A stretch of 63,375 nt of DNA, the filler included, from Stramenopiles sp. TOSAG23-6 (lineage: Eukaryota): the NCBI GenBank assembly GCA_900128565.1. It is 10 parts of 10 records of this genome, joined end to end, with 100 filler letters (N's around TTAATTAATTAA, not from the genome) between each part and the next. Parts side by side here need not be neighbours in the genome. Positions count along the whole stretch, not along the records: positions 44,875 to 55,966 come from LT636282.1; positions 56,067 to 57,449 come from LT639137.1; positions 57,550 to 58,931 come from LT639138.1; 7 more parts are not named here. One strand, given 5' to 3'. Of this stretch, positions 45,948 through 57,603 are shown piece after piece. Below the pieces are notes generated by a model, which searched no databases, was not told where the DNA came from, and saw nothing but the letters and a program-made list of their open reading frames with translations. A program made the position numbers and the translations under genes. Position 1 is the stretch's first letter. The number at the start of each line of letters is the position of its first letter.

Positions 45948-48425
45948 ATGAATTCACTGGAGACACGAAACAATGTCATTCCTTCATTGTTTGAACTTTC
46001 CACACAGCAGTTAAGAGCACGATGCCGTACAGACTTATTGGTTTTGATATCATCTCTGACAAAAAATGCTCGTTATGTTAGTTGTGCCAAACGTGCAGGT
46101 CAACTTCATGATATTTTCCTAAAGTTAGCTAGACCCTGCTCTCGTCAAAAGTCATTCACCGCACTCGATCATTGGTTATTCCTTCTAGACGCTTGGAAAA
46201 CTACTACACTTACTGTCTGTCGCACAAATATAACTTTCCATCCATCTTTATCTCCAGGTTTGTCGCGTTTCTCACTGTTACGAAAACTTGACGCGAGCAA
46301 CTCATGTGTTCGCGATGACTCCCTTTGTCATATTGCTACTTCACTTCCAAATATAGAATGGCTAAATTTAGATGGATGTCATATAACCGATGATGGTGTG
46401 TTTGCATTATCACAAATAAGTCTACCTTACTTGCGTATTTTGGGTCTCCGCTGTCGCAGGGTCAATATTGTATGTTTTATTTTTTTTCGATTTTGAATTT
46501 TTTTTTCGTACGCAATTTTGTACCTAACAGTTTTTTTTGAATTTTTTTCTAAAAATATTTTTACAAAATACTTGCATCTTGTAGAGCTCTCGTATTGAGT
46601 CCTAGCCAAAATAGCCAAAATAGCCAAAATAGCCCAAATAATAATATGACTTCGGGTAATTCTACCCAATCGCACACATCAAATAGCTACTCTGTCCAAA
46701 GTGCTAACAATACCACATTCATTTCGAATAAGACTGACAATATAATAATATCACAGAAAAACCTAAAACTTCCATCTTTAGAAAAACTTTCTCTCAATGA
46801 AAATGTAACATCTTGGATTTATAACAAACCTGCCCTATCAAAGACAGAATGTTCAACAATTAATATTGACTTTTCAAACATTCAAAAAATATCCCTCTCA
46901 AAATTAAAAAGAGTGTTGCGTGCATATGGCCGTAGTGGTGAAGCACTTGAAGGTTGTAGAAAATCTCTAATTAAACGCGTGTATATTTTATTTTTTTTTC
47001 AAATTCATTTTTTTTTCGTAGTAAATTTAGTACCTAACGATTTTTTTCAAAAAAAAAATATTTTTCACAAAATAGTAGTGTTATCAAAATGCAACATATA
47101 GCTGATAGAAAACTGAAACAAATGTTATTATATAATGATACTTCAGAACATAAATATATCCCTCGGCCTGTATTGTCCGTTGTCCTCTTGAAATTTCAAT
47201 TTTAGTTTTTTTCCATAGTAAATTTTGTACCTAACAAAAAAAAAAAAATTTTGAAATATTTTTTCACAATTCTTAAAAACTAAAAATATTTTTTGTGTAT
47301 GTACAGATACAAACACAGTCTGTAATTATCCACAGTGCTCTGTACATGCATCAATCCGGCCTGGCTTGTCCGGGTTACTAATGGGAGGTTGTAGTGGAAA
47401 CTGGGTAGGAAAAAGTGTAATTTTAAACATTGAATTTTTTATATTTTTTTTTTTTCGTACCAAAATTTGTACCTAATAAAAATATTCAAAAAAAATCAAA
47501 AAAAATATTTTTTCACAATACAAATCACAAACAAAAATGAAGTCACTATATGGACGAGTTGTTGGATTAGAATGGAGAAAGGTAAAATACAAGGTGGTGG
47601 TATATCATATACGTTCTCCTGATGCATTTCAATTAGTTTTCATAGAAAATTTTGTACCAGAACAAAAACGAGTTTTTTTTTANAAANTTTTTTTTTTTTT
47701 TTTGGTAAAAAAATTTTGTACCTAACAATTTCTTTATAATTTTTTTTAATTTTTTTTACAATACATTTTGGCGTAATATTCAAATCCCATTTTTATTAGA
47801 AGGAACTTATGCATGTCATATATGTGATACTAAAAAAACAAAACAAAGCACGTGTAACCCTAACCCTAATAAGATTTTAGTCAGTGATGAAAATGATACA
47901 CCCAAAAATTCCCTGAATGATTTTCATACAAAAATAGTTACAAAAAAAAAGATGAACCCTAACCCTAATTTTTCTTCAAAAATAATTACAAAAAAAGAAA
48001 TGACTTTGATAAAAAAACATATAGGAAAATACCGAAATGAAATTCAATATAAAGGAACATTAATGCATATAAAAACTAATGATTTTCATAGTAATTTAGA
48101 CAGTAAAAAAAAATATTCATGGGCTTTCGTAGGTATGTTTTCTTTTTTAATTTCGAATTTAGTTGGTTTTTTTTTATAAAAATTTTGTACCTAACAATTT
48201 TTTGTTTTTGAAATATTTTTTCACAATATATGTAAATATAATAATGGCACAATTTCTTTGAATTCCGTATGTGCAGACTTTCGTACAAAACAATTCTTAG
48301 GTACAGATTTAAATACAAAAACGAATGATGTTGTAAAGCACGAAAAACGTCGTTTGAATAGTTTTGAGTTTAGTGATTCACAAAAAGAATTTGCCCGAAA
48401 AAAAAAAAAAAAAAAAAAAAAATGA
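45948..48425 (+). CDS. LRR-containing hypothetical protein with about 6 family introns (some boundaries uncertain)
   Basis: LRKLDAS..LPNIEWLNLDGCHITDDGV LRRs; open exons between core-bearing inserts. Confidence 0.55.
47609..47766 (+). mobile_element. Family intron with AT donor and duplicated core
   Basis: ATACGT..CAATACAT; T+TT joins GGIS-F-WRN. Confidence 0.6.
48133..48231 (+). mobile_element. Introner-like GT-AT intron
   Basis: AG|GTATGT..core..CAATATAT|GT. Confidence 0.75.
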
Positions 48426-48977
48426 TTAAGTACAAAATTTTCATACAAAAAGAATTTTTTCGCAAAAAAAAATAAAATAAGTGAAGGACAAAATTTTTAT
48501 AGTACAAAAAATAAATTTGGATAGATATAATATATTTTATTCTTCACGAAAAACTTGTCTGACTTTGGATTTCGTACCATTTTTTTGTACTTATTTTTTT
48601 AGGTATGAAAAAATGGTACGGAATCCAAAGATACGTAGTCTGAAACAACTTTATTCATTCATTTATTTTTGTTGATGATGATGGAGGTAGAACAAGCGGT
48701 TTTTCATTCGGAGTAATACTACAAAACCTGCACGCAACTAGTACTTTTGGGTCCTCCACAATCCGGATTTTGAATTTCTATGGGAACCGGGTAACGATAC
48801 ATCTTGAGCGTTTCTGTTGAGATAACGTATATTAGTAACGACTTTTTTCACTTATGAGGTAGGTCATCGTACCTTTACCATTCAAGGACGCAGAATTTTC
48901 ATTCATACATCACATATATATGCGATTAATCAATCCCATGAATTGCATTTTAACTCTAGACTAAAGCAATTGCTCAT

Positions 48978-51900
48978 ATGGCACAAATTTTTAATCCTGC
49001 TCATCCACTTGGACAGGGCGCGCCGACTATGACAAGAGGGGAGAGACTTCTAAAACGTCAAGACGATCGATTACAAAGACGCAATAAAAAGAAACAAACT
49101 ATCGTTACTTTTTCTCCATTACCTCCCAAAAATATGAATGTTATAGTACCACAAACTGTATCTAATAATCAAAATACACAGTACACACAAATTGCATCAG
49201 CTGTACCACAGCGTATACAAAATAATAATAATCAAAGTACTCTATCGATGAATCATACAAATAATAATCAAAGTACTCTATCGATGAATCATACAAATAA
49301 TAATCAAAATACTCTATCGATGAATCATACAAATAATAATCCAAATACTCTATCGATGAATCATACAAATTCTCATTCATCGACTCAACTTCAACCAATG
49401 TTAAGTTCACTAGATAAAACTTCAATACCGGGTCCACCGACATCCACAACGACCATGCCTTTTGATACTGTGTATGGTAAACAGCATGAAGGCAAAGATA
49501 CAGAAAGTCATGTAATATTTGGGCAATCCACACAAAAGGATATTTATAAAGATAAACAACTTCAACAATCAAAAAAAATGATGAAACTTCAATATGCAGC
49601 AGATTTACGTGCTCAAATGCAACAACAAAAACAACGAAAAGCAGCTGATAAAAAAAAGCAACGACAAACAGTTTCAAAATTACCACCGCCACCGTTGACA
49701 GTCTATGCGCAGAAATCAACAAAAGAACAATATGCAGCAGATTTACGTGCTCAAATGCAACAACAAAAACAACGAAAAGCAGCTGATAAAAAAAAGCAAC
49801 GACAAACAGTTTCAAAATTACCACCGCCACCGTTGACAGTCTATGCGCAGAAATCAACAAAAGAACAATATGCAGCAGATTTACGTGCTCAAATGCAACA
49901 ACAAAAACAACGAAAAGCAGCTAATAAAAAGGAATTTTCTAGAAACGTAAACATCTCAAATACAGACAAAACTCAAAATCAGAGGAATTACAATAATTAC
50001 AATTTTATGCCCCAAGTTCAAGTTGATCGAAACTTTGGCTACCCTCTAGGAAGCAATAGCAGTCGTGTAGATCCTACGCAGCAATCGATTCGTGCAAATG
50101 TTGTTGATAAAAAAGCAATATATGGTGCTGAATTGCGTGAACAAATCCGACAAAAACAAATGCAGAAAGAAGCACAGGAACGCCATCATAATCCAAGAAA
50201 TACTGTGCCATATAACAGTGTACATAATACCATGCCAACATCACTTGATCATCAGCAAAATGTTGTTGATAAAAAGGCAATATATGGTGCTGAATTGCGT
50301 GAACAAATCCGACAAAAACAAATGCAGAAAGAAGCACAGGAACGCCATCATAATCCAAGAAATACTGTGCCATATAACAGTGTACATAATACCATGCCAA
50401 CATCATTTGATCATATTAATACTCCAGGGATCAATCAACAACCAATGGGAATATCACAACAGTTACCCCAACAAGAAATAGGAATGTCAAAACATTTAAC
50501 CCACCAACAACCAATAGGAATACCACGACGCTTCTCTCCCCGATCATTGGATATTCCACAACAACCAATGGGAATGCTACAACAACCAATGGGAATGCTA
50601 CAACAACCAATGGGAATGCTACAACAACCGATGGGAATGCTACAACAACCAATAGGAATGCCACAACAACCAATGGGAATGCCACAACAACCAATGGGAA
50701 TGCCACAACAACCAATAGGAATGACACAACAACCAATGGGAATGCCACAACAATTACGACCAAATATTTCACTTCCCCGACATGAAATCCATGGTGGGAT
50801 GAAGGATACAACTTCACCAACGTCGAATGCAAGGTACGGTTACATTCACATGCCATTGCATGAACAAGAGGCAATGATAGCGAAGGCAAATAAATCAGCT
50901 CGGCATCAATCAGAATTGATAGCTCAGATACGAGCTGTAAAAGCTCGTAAAGAAGCAGCTATTGCAAAAGAAAGGGAACAAGAAAGAATTGACAATGAAA
51001 AACTACAAAGGCAGCGACAAGAGTTAGCTTTAGAAGAAGAAATGCGTATCAAAGAACAAAAGGAAAGAGCGGCTGAAAAGTTGAGAGAAGAGCAAGAGAA
51101 ACAAATTAAAGCTGTACAGGCGCGGAAGGTCGAAGAGGCTAGAAGAGAAGCCGAAGCAGAACGAAAAGAAGAAGAAAAATTGCAAAGACAAAGAGCTGAG
51201 CTGTTGGCAGAAGAAGAACAACGTCAAGCTGACAAAGAAATGCAGCAAAGACGAATGGCCGAAATCAAACATTCACAAAAAATGCAAAACACAACTGCCC
51301 AAAGAAGAATGAGTCATACAAGTCAAATTAGTTCAAATAATAGGATTCCAGGTGGAGGGTTAGAAAAAAGTAGTAATGATAAAGATAATAGAAGTAATGA
51401 TATTCTAAGTATAGACAATACAAGTAATGATATCCGAAGTATAGATAATACAAATAATGGTAGAAAAAATAGTTTGAGTAAAACCTCAATATATGAAATT
51501 CCTGTTGAACGTTCGATAAATTCACAATTGAATGCACAACCGTATGAATATGGTAATAATAATAATAATATTTCACCTCATGCAAACATTGGACTTGGCA
51601 TTTCTCCTAGTAACTCTGTTGCTAAAGGATTTGATGAGAAAGAATTAGAAAATTTCCCTGAACAAATTATTAGGTTTAATGAAGAGAAACAACATCCATT
51701 GAAAACATATAACACAGTGTATGACAACAGGCCGAAAATGTTGGAACAAAATGGAAATTACCAACAAATACAAATTGCTCAATTACGCCAAGAAGTTGCT
51801 GATGCACGTAGAGCTCTTACAATCCAGAAAAATATAGATACTCAAAATAAATTAGATGTGGGTAATGAACCAAATCTTGTATCAAAACAAAACCATGACA

Positions 51901-53579
51901 TGAAAAATATCGCATCCAATACAGAAATTTCACCAAGTCACATCTCATTACAACCACCACCTGGAATATTTGATGATTCAAAGATTGAAGAAATATTACA
52001 GGATCTCAATGTACCTTACCAAAACACCGAAATTCCCACTACAACAAATGATTTCACAGGAAAAAATCTTATTCATAAAAATACAAGTAGCATTAATAGT
52101 GATATGCTTGAAACATCAGATAGACCGAAAAGCTCTTACTCTGATGTTACAATACTATTTTCTGATAATATTGATGGTGGCGTAAAAGTTGTAAAGAAGC
52201 AAAAACAGAATAACTCTTTTCTCCTGAAAAATAATACTGCTCAAGGGAAAAGAAATAATACACAAAATGACGATGAATCAACACTTGGCGTTTCCCTGTA
52301 TGGAAATAGTCATTTAATATTTGAAAAGAAAAGTAGAAATACAGATGTAAGTACATTTGAAAATTTGAATAATCTTCAGATGTTTGATGAGAGTGGAACA
52401 GAAAATGCAATGTTTAAAAAAGATGAGCGCAATGAAACACGACCTAATACGGCATCATCAATGAACTCGCAGCTCACAACAGAAACGTCGTACCATGCTG
52501 TAGAAAAATCATTAGGTACAAATAATGTGTACTCATCAAACGAAATAAATAAAATAAATCAACGTCGTCACGAGTCTAGTAATACAATTAAAAATACTAA
52601 AACTGTAGCAACTTCTCAGTCAAATATTGAAAAAATTCCTGATGCATTGGACATGTTGACGTCATCTGTCACTCGACCAAGAAGTACCAGTCGTTTCCAA
52701 CACCAAAATAATTCTGAGGAGTACGCATCTTTCAAAAGACATGGCGATTCAGTCATTATACAAGGCAATGCATCAAGACAATTACGATCCGCGGGTAATT
52801 CTTCTCAACATAATTTGAGAAAAAAGAAGCTCTCTTTGGCTGGTCAATATATTATATCAAATACACAAAATACACAAAATATAAAAAGAAGAAAACCAAT
52901 CGTAACAGTTCAAATAGACAGACAACAAAAATCACATCATATTGATAGTAGGTATGATACATATACAAAACAACCATTACCTCTATCTCCTTCTGTGACT
53001 AGAGCAAATGATGCTGCACGAAATCGGCATGAAAGAATCAAATATAAACGAAATGTAAAAGATGGACGGACTATTTCAATGACGTTGAATAATAACATTA
53101 AAACGACTCAGTCACAAATGAACACAGATAGTATGAAAAATAACTCTAACTCTAACCCTAACCCTAATGATTCAACAATGAACATTAAAAAATTGTTCGA
53201 TTTGAATAAAAAAAGACTTTCAGCTCTTGAATCAATTTCAGCGTATGAAGATAATGAAATCATTCAAAATTTACATACGACTGAAACCAACAACGATGAA
53301 ACATATTCTGATGATTTCTCTCTTTTTGATTTGTATAAAAAAAAACAAAATGAAACAAAAAAATCAAGTACAAAAATTAGTACTGAAAACTTTAATTATC
53401 CATCTAAAATCAATGATAGTGAAATTGAAAATTTTTTAGGAAAGTTTTTATTAAATGATAGTGGTGATTTACAAAACACAGATTATAATAATACATATAA
53501 CAGTAACGATGAAATTTCAAATGTTTTTAATTTCGAGTTAGAAGGAAATTCTCAATTCCAAACAATGACGTCACGTTAA
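48978..53579 (+). CDS. Large low-complexity/coiled-coil protein, CSPP1/CCDC66-like repeats
   Basis: Intronless 1533 aa; repeated YAADLRAQM, YGAELREQI and HQSELIAQI helices. Confidence 0.6.
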   Translation: MAQIFNPAHPLGQGAPTMTRGERLLKRQDDRLQRRNKKKQTIVTFSPLPPKNMNVIVPQTVSNNQNTQYTQIASAVPQRIQNNNNQSTLSMNHTNNNQSTLSMNHTNNNQNTLSMNHTNNNPNTLSMNHTNSHSSTQLQPMLSSLDKTSIPGPPTSTTTMPFDTVYGKQHEGKDTESHVIFGQSTQKDIYKDKQLQQSKKMMKLQYAADLRAQMQQQKQRKAADKKKQRQTVSKLPPPPLTVYAQKSTKEQYAADLRAQMQQQKQRKAADKKKQRQTVSKLPPPPLTVYAQKSTKEQYAADLRAQMQQQKQRKAANKKEFSRNVNISNTDKTQNQRNYNNYNFMPQVQVDRNFGYPLGSNSSRVDPTQQSIRANVVDKKAIYGAELREQIRQKQMQKEAQERHHNPRNTVPYNSVHNTMPTSLDHQQNVVDKKAIYGAELREQIRQKQMQKEAQERHHNPRNTVPYNSVHNTMPTSFDHINTPGINQQPMGISQQLPQQEIGMSKHLTHQQPIGIPRRFSPRSLDIPQQPMGMLQQPMGMLQQPMGMLQQPMGMLQQPIGMPQQPMGMPQQPMGMPQQPIGMTQQPMGMPQQLRPNISLPRHEIHGGMKDTTSPTSNARYGYIHMPLHEQEAMIAKANKSARHQSELIAQIRAVKARKEAAIAKEREQERIDNEKLQRQRQELALEEEMRIKEQKERAAEKLREEQEKQIKAVQARKVEEARREAEAERKEEEKLQRQRAELLAEEEQRQADKEMQQRRMAEIKHSQKMQNTTAQRRMSHTSQISSNNRIPGGGLEKSSNDKDNRSNDILSIDNTSNDIRSIDNTNNGRKNSLSKTSIYEIPVERSINSQLNAQPYEYGNNNNNISPHANIGLGISPSNSVAKGFDEKELENFPEQIIRFNEEKQHPLKTYNTVYDNRPKMLEQNGNYQQIQIAQLRQEVADARRALTIQKNIDTQNKLDVGNEPNLVSKQNHDMKNIASNTEISPSHISLQPPPGIFDDSKIEEILQDLNVPYQNTEIPTTTNDFTGKNLIHKNTSSINSDMLETSDRPKSSYSDVTILFSDNIDGGVKVVKKQKQNNSFLLKNNTAQGKRNNTQNDDESTLGVSLYGNSHLIFEKKSRNTDVSTFENLNNLQMFDESGTENAMFKKDERNETRPNTASSMNSQLTTETSYHAVEKSLGTNNVYSSNEINKINQRRHESSNTIKNTKTVATSQSNIEKIPDALDMLTSSVTRPRSTSRFQHQNNSEEYASFKRHGDSVIIQGNASRQLRSAGNSSQHNLRKKKLSLAGQYIISNTQNTQNIKRRKPIVTVQIDRQQKSHHIDSRYDTYTKQPLPLSPSVTRANDAARNRHERIKYKRNVKDGRTISMTLNNNIKTTQSQMNTDSMKNNSNSNPNPNDSTMNIKKLFDLNKKRLSALESISAYEDNEIIQNLHTTETNNDETYSDDFSLFDLYKKKQNETKKSSTKISTENFNYPSKINDSEIENFLGKFLLNDSGDLQNTDYNNTYNSNDEISNVFNFELEGNSQFQTMTSR
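49224..50755 (+). repeat. Series of coding tandem repeats: 36 nt x4, 138 nt x~2.4, 162 nt x2, 21 nt x~9
   Basis: NNNQSTLSMNHT; unit starts 49590/49728/49866; 50097/50259; QQPMGML. Confidence 0.9.
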
Positions 53580-53699
53580 TGCAGATGAAATATAGCTATT
53601 CTTTGTTTTTCGTGCTTATGCTGAATAAAAAGCAGAAAGAAAATATACAATAAAAGAATCGCAAAATAATCTGTCTTTTTTGTTTTAATTTGTTTCTTT

Positions 53700-54290
53700 T
53701 TATTTTTTATCAATCAATGGCTCTTCTTCATCAACTGTGCTCTCACTTCTTCCATTCTTTTCTTTGTTTTCTTTCATGTTTTCAAGACATAGCTGATAGG
53801 ATAGTCCTATTCCTATAAATAGAGCGAGTACATGTGCTACAGTCGATAGAGGAGCTATGACAATGGCATAAAATATGATGAAGGCAAAACCAGCGAGGAT
53901 GGTAAGACCTATGATGATAAACTCTATAATCTCAAAAGATATAGTACCCGAAACTCTTTCAAATGTCTTTCCATTGGATTCAGATTTGTTAAGGTAACGC
54001 TGTGCGTAGCGTATACCTAATTGTACAGAAAGTGCACCGATGAGTCCACACCAAATCAGTGAAATACCATCTACATGAAACAACATCCAAACTACTACTT
54101 GTAAAACTAGAAATCCCAAAAAGAATCCTAAATTTTGACGCCAGACTGTTCGCAATGTAGGTAAGAATAACACAAGAGTTGTAGCTGCGAGCATAGCATA
54201 GTTGATTGCAATTTCCCGTGTAGCTTCCTCTGGAACATCCTGGTAAAAAGGAGCTCCCGACAAATCCCAGTCTTTGTCATTGTTGGGCAT
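53700..54290 (-). CDS. Hypothetical multi-pass membrane protein
   Basis: 196 aa with about 5 hydrophobic segments. Confidence 0.65.
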   Translation of the reverse strand: MPNNDKDWDLSGAPFYQDVPEEATREIAINYAMLAATTLVLFLPTLRTVWRQNLGFFLGFLVLQVVVWMLFHVDGISLIWCGLIGALSVQLGIRYAQRYLNKSESNGKTFERVSGTISFEIIEFIIIGLTILAGFAFIIFYAIVIAPLSTVAHVLALFIGIGLSYQLCLENMKENKEKNGRSESTVDEEEPLIDKK

Positions 54291-54579
54291 ATTTAGTAGC
54301 TCTACTGCAAGGTAGATTTTATAAAAGATTTCTATTTAGTATATTATTCTAAACTTCTTTCACGTGCCGTACGTTTTTTTCTTCGGATTTCGATACCCGG
54401 TCCCCTCAAATTTATTGGCCGCACCCACAAAACAGTCAAAACTGATTGGCCGCATGTCAATCGCAAATGAAATCATCAGAATTCTGAGATTTCTGCTACT
54501 CCACTCAATTGTGAGAGATTGTGAGACACTATCTCTTGCTCATTCTTTTGCTTTCACGACAAAACATTCATAATCTATC

Positions 54580-55783
54580 ATGGCCGATAAAGTTGATACT
54601 CGCGTTCCAGTGACTGTACTTACTGGATTTCTTGGAAGTGGTAAGACTACTCTCTTGAATTACATTCTTAAAGTCCAGACTGGTTTAAAGATTGCTGTTA
54701 TTGAGAATGAGTAACTTAACTCCGAACATCTTATTTTCAAAGTAACTCGTTTCTATCATACACATCATTTGTACTTATATAAATGTTTTATTATATTGTT
54801 TACTCTATACAGGTTTGGTGAAGTTGGAGTTGATGACGCGCTTGTTAGGAAGAAATACGACTCAGAGGAAGAAATTTTCGAAATGAATAATGGTTGCATT
54901 TGCTGCACTGTTCGAGGTGACTTAATCCGTATTCTCGGAAAGATTTTCAAGCGCAAGACAAAACTTGACGCTTTGATTATTGAAACCACTGGCTTAGCTG
55001 ATCCAGCTCCAGTGGCTCAAACCTTTTTCATGGATGAAGAAATCAAGAGCAAAGCACGTCTAGATGGTGTGTTAACTGTTGTCGACTGTGCGCATATTAT
55101 TCAACACTTAGATGAGATCAAACCAGAAGGTGTTGAAAACGAAGCTGTAGAACAAGTCGCTTTCGCAGATCGCTTGCTTGTGAATAAAACAGACCTCGTT
55201 GATGAAAAGACTTTGGCAGAGGTAAAGAAACGTCTTAAGAGTCTTAATCCTGCAGCGAAACAAATTGAGTGTCAGTACTCACAAGTCGACCTTAAAGAGC
55301 TGATGGGACTCGGAGGATTTAATTTGAAACGTGTTCTCGAATTTGAGCCAGATTTTCTTGACGATGACGGTGGAGAACACATGCATGATCAATCAGTCTC
55401 CTCAGTAGGTATTCGAGAACCTGGGGAGCTCGATATGGATAAATTAAATGCCTGGCTTGGTAAATTATTGAAAGAGGACGGCGCAAACATTTATCGCATG
55501 TACGTTGTAACCCTAACCCTAACCCTTTTTTTTTTTCTAACACTTTTTTTTGACCATTTTAGAATTTCTATTTTTTTTACATTACATGAAAGGAGTGTTG
55601 GCAATCAAAGGTATGAAGGAAAAGTTTGTCTTTCAAGGAGTTCACATGCTTTTCGATGGAGAGCCAATGGTAGGAGAGGAGTGGCAAGAGGGCGAGACGA
55701 AAACGAACAAATTTATCTTTATTGGTAAAAACCTTAAAGAAGATGAACTACTTGCATCCTTTCGCGCTTGTATTGCAAAGTAA
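54580..55783 (+). CDS. ZNG1: COG0523/CobW-family Zn metallochaperone GTPase; exons 54580-54710, 54813-55499, 55588-55783
   Basis: [51 protein letters not shown]. Confidence 0.92.
54711..54812 (+). other. Canonical GT-AG intron
   Basis: GTAACT..TACAG; rebuilds ENE-FGE. Confidence 0.9.
55500..55587 (+). mobile_element. GT-AT intron carrying (CCCTAA)n instead of the hairpin core
   Basis: GTACGT..TTACAT; AT+G rebuilds IYR-M-KGVL. Confidence 0.85.
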
Positions 55784-56066
55784 TTGTGGAATATCCTCAA
55801 CTTTTGTGATGGGAAATGGTGCATTGATGCATCTAATACGATGATGATATGAATGAAGTATGTATGAGTGTGTAAGGCTAAAAAGTGTGTGACGTGTATA
55901 TGTATGTTTTATTATTTTTTTTTAACAAAAAAATCGATTTTTTTTTCGTACGAAATTTTGTACCTANNNNNNNNNNNNNNNNNNNNNNNNNNNNNNNNNN
56001 NNNNNNNNNNTTAATTAATTAANNNNNNNNNNNNNNNNNNNNNNNNNNNNNNNNNNNNNNNNNNNN

Positions 56067-57449
56067 CACAATAGTATGCTTTTGAAAAATCTGTAATTTT
56101 ATTTTGTGAAGAATCCCCAACTCCAGTGACAATAACGAAATCAGATTCCCCTGCTGGCGCAGCGATAACTCTTATATTTGAAGTATCAAGTATAATTTTG
56201 TCGCCCACCATATAACCACTGCCCCTATATACTTCATTGACCTTTACGCTCTTGAAAGTCCCAGAATCATTTAATTCAACGTCAAATTTTGCATTAACTT
56301 GATCTATTCCATTTATTGTTGCCAAATCGCTTGCCGTAAAATCAGATAAAGTTCTCTCTCCAAGTGTGGAATCAAGAAGAAACACTCCTGTGTGAATATT
56401 GCTGTTAAACTTAGCACCCTTTTCAATTAATTTAGCAGATGATACGGTAGAGATATTGGAAGAAGCTTGTGCACATGAATACTTAAACTTCCCCTCCTGA
56501 CAGTAATAGCCACTAGGACACTTCTCTTTGGTGAGTGAACCTTCAGGGCATAAATACTCAAGGCCACCACCGTTAGATTTACAAAGATGCTCTTTTCCAT
56601 TTTGACAAAACGAGCCTAGAGGGCACTTTTTTAATACTGGACCACTGAAATCGGTGGACGCAACAGCGCCTGTTCCAACAGGACAAACCCACGCTACATT
56701 TTGTCCACCATCGCTAACCAACCCTGGAGTAATTTCACAATTGTCTTTATCTCCCATGACGTCACAATTTCTGTAGACACATGTACTATATTTCGACGAT
56801 GCCACATCACAATAAGAACCTGCAGGGCAGTCTTTACAAGTTGAACTACCCAATACATTGTTAAACTTGCCTTGCTCACATGCTTTACACACGTCTGCTC
56901 CAGAGCAAAGCCCATTCCACTTACAACCAGGAGTTTTCTTGCACTTCGCAGCGCCAGCATCGTCCTTATACATACTAATATGATTACATGTTATTGAAGA
57001 ATCTAATGCAGTTCCTGTACAGCTTCCAGCAATCCATATTCGTTCAATATCTATTGTCGATGCTTTCGAATAGTGATCCCACATACCTGTACAACTTTTT
57101 TTGTTTGTTTGCAACACATCTGAGCAACCAGGTTGAGGTCGCCACTGACATGATGGTAATACACAATCACTTTGCTTCAGATGAAAGCTACATTCGCTAC
57201 TCCATTTTCCACTACCTGCTTCTCGGCAACCAAACCAGGAACACCTATTTGTCACATTAATAGCCTCATTACACACATTTTCAGATGTTTCTTCGATCGC
57301 AAGTACAACAATTTCTGTATAATCTGGATAATATCCTGTAAAAGTGTCACCAACTGAATAACCCGAACCACTCTTTATGATATTACATAATTTTGTATTT
57401 TTTTCGGCTTTAAATTGAGCCCCAAGTCCTCTACACTCTTCACCTCCAG
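56067..57449 (-). CDS. Cys-rich surface protein fragment (GCC2/GCC3, ephrin-receptor-like repeats)
   Basis: CKACEQGKF..CKDCPAGSYC and CPSGYYC; frame open across the whole contig. Confidence 0.7.
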
Positions 57450-57603
57450 NNNNNNNNNNNNNNNNNNNNNNNNNNNNNNNNNNNNNNNNNNNNTTAATTA
57501 ATTAANNNNNNNNNNNNNNNNNNNNNNNNNNNNNNNNNNNNNNNNNNNNGGTACAAAATTTCGTACGAAAAAAAAACGAATTTGAAAAAAAAATAAAACA
57601 TAC

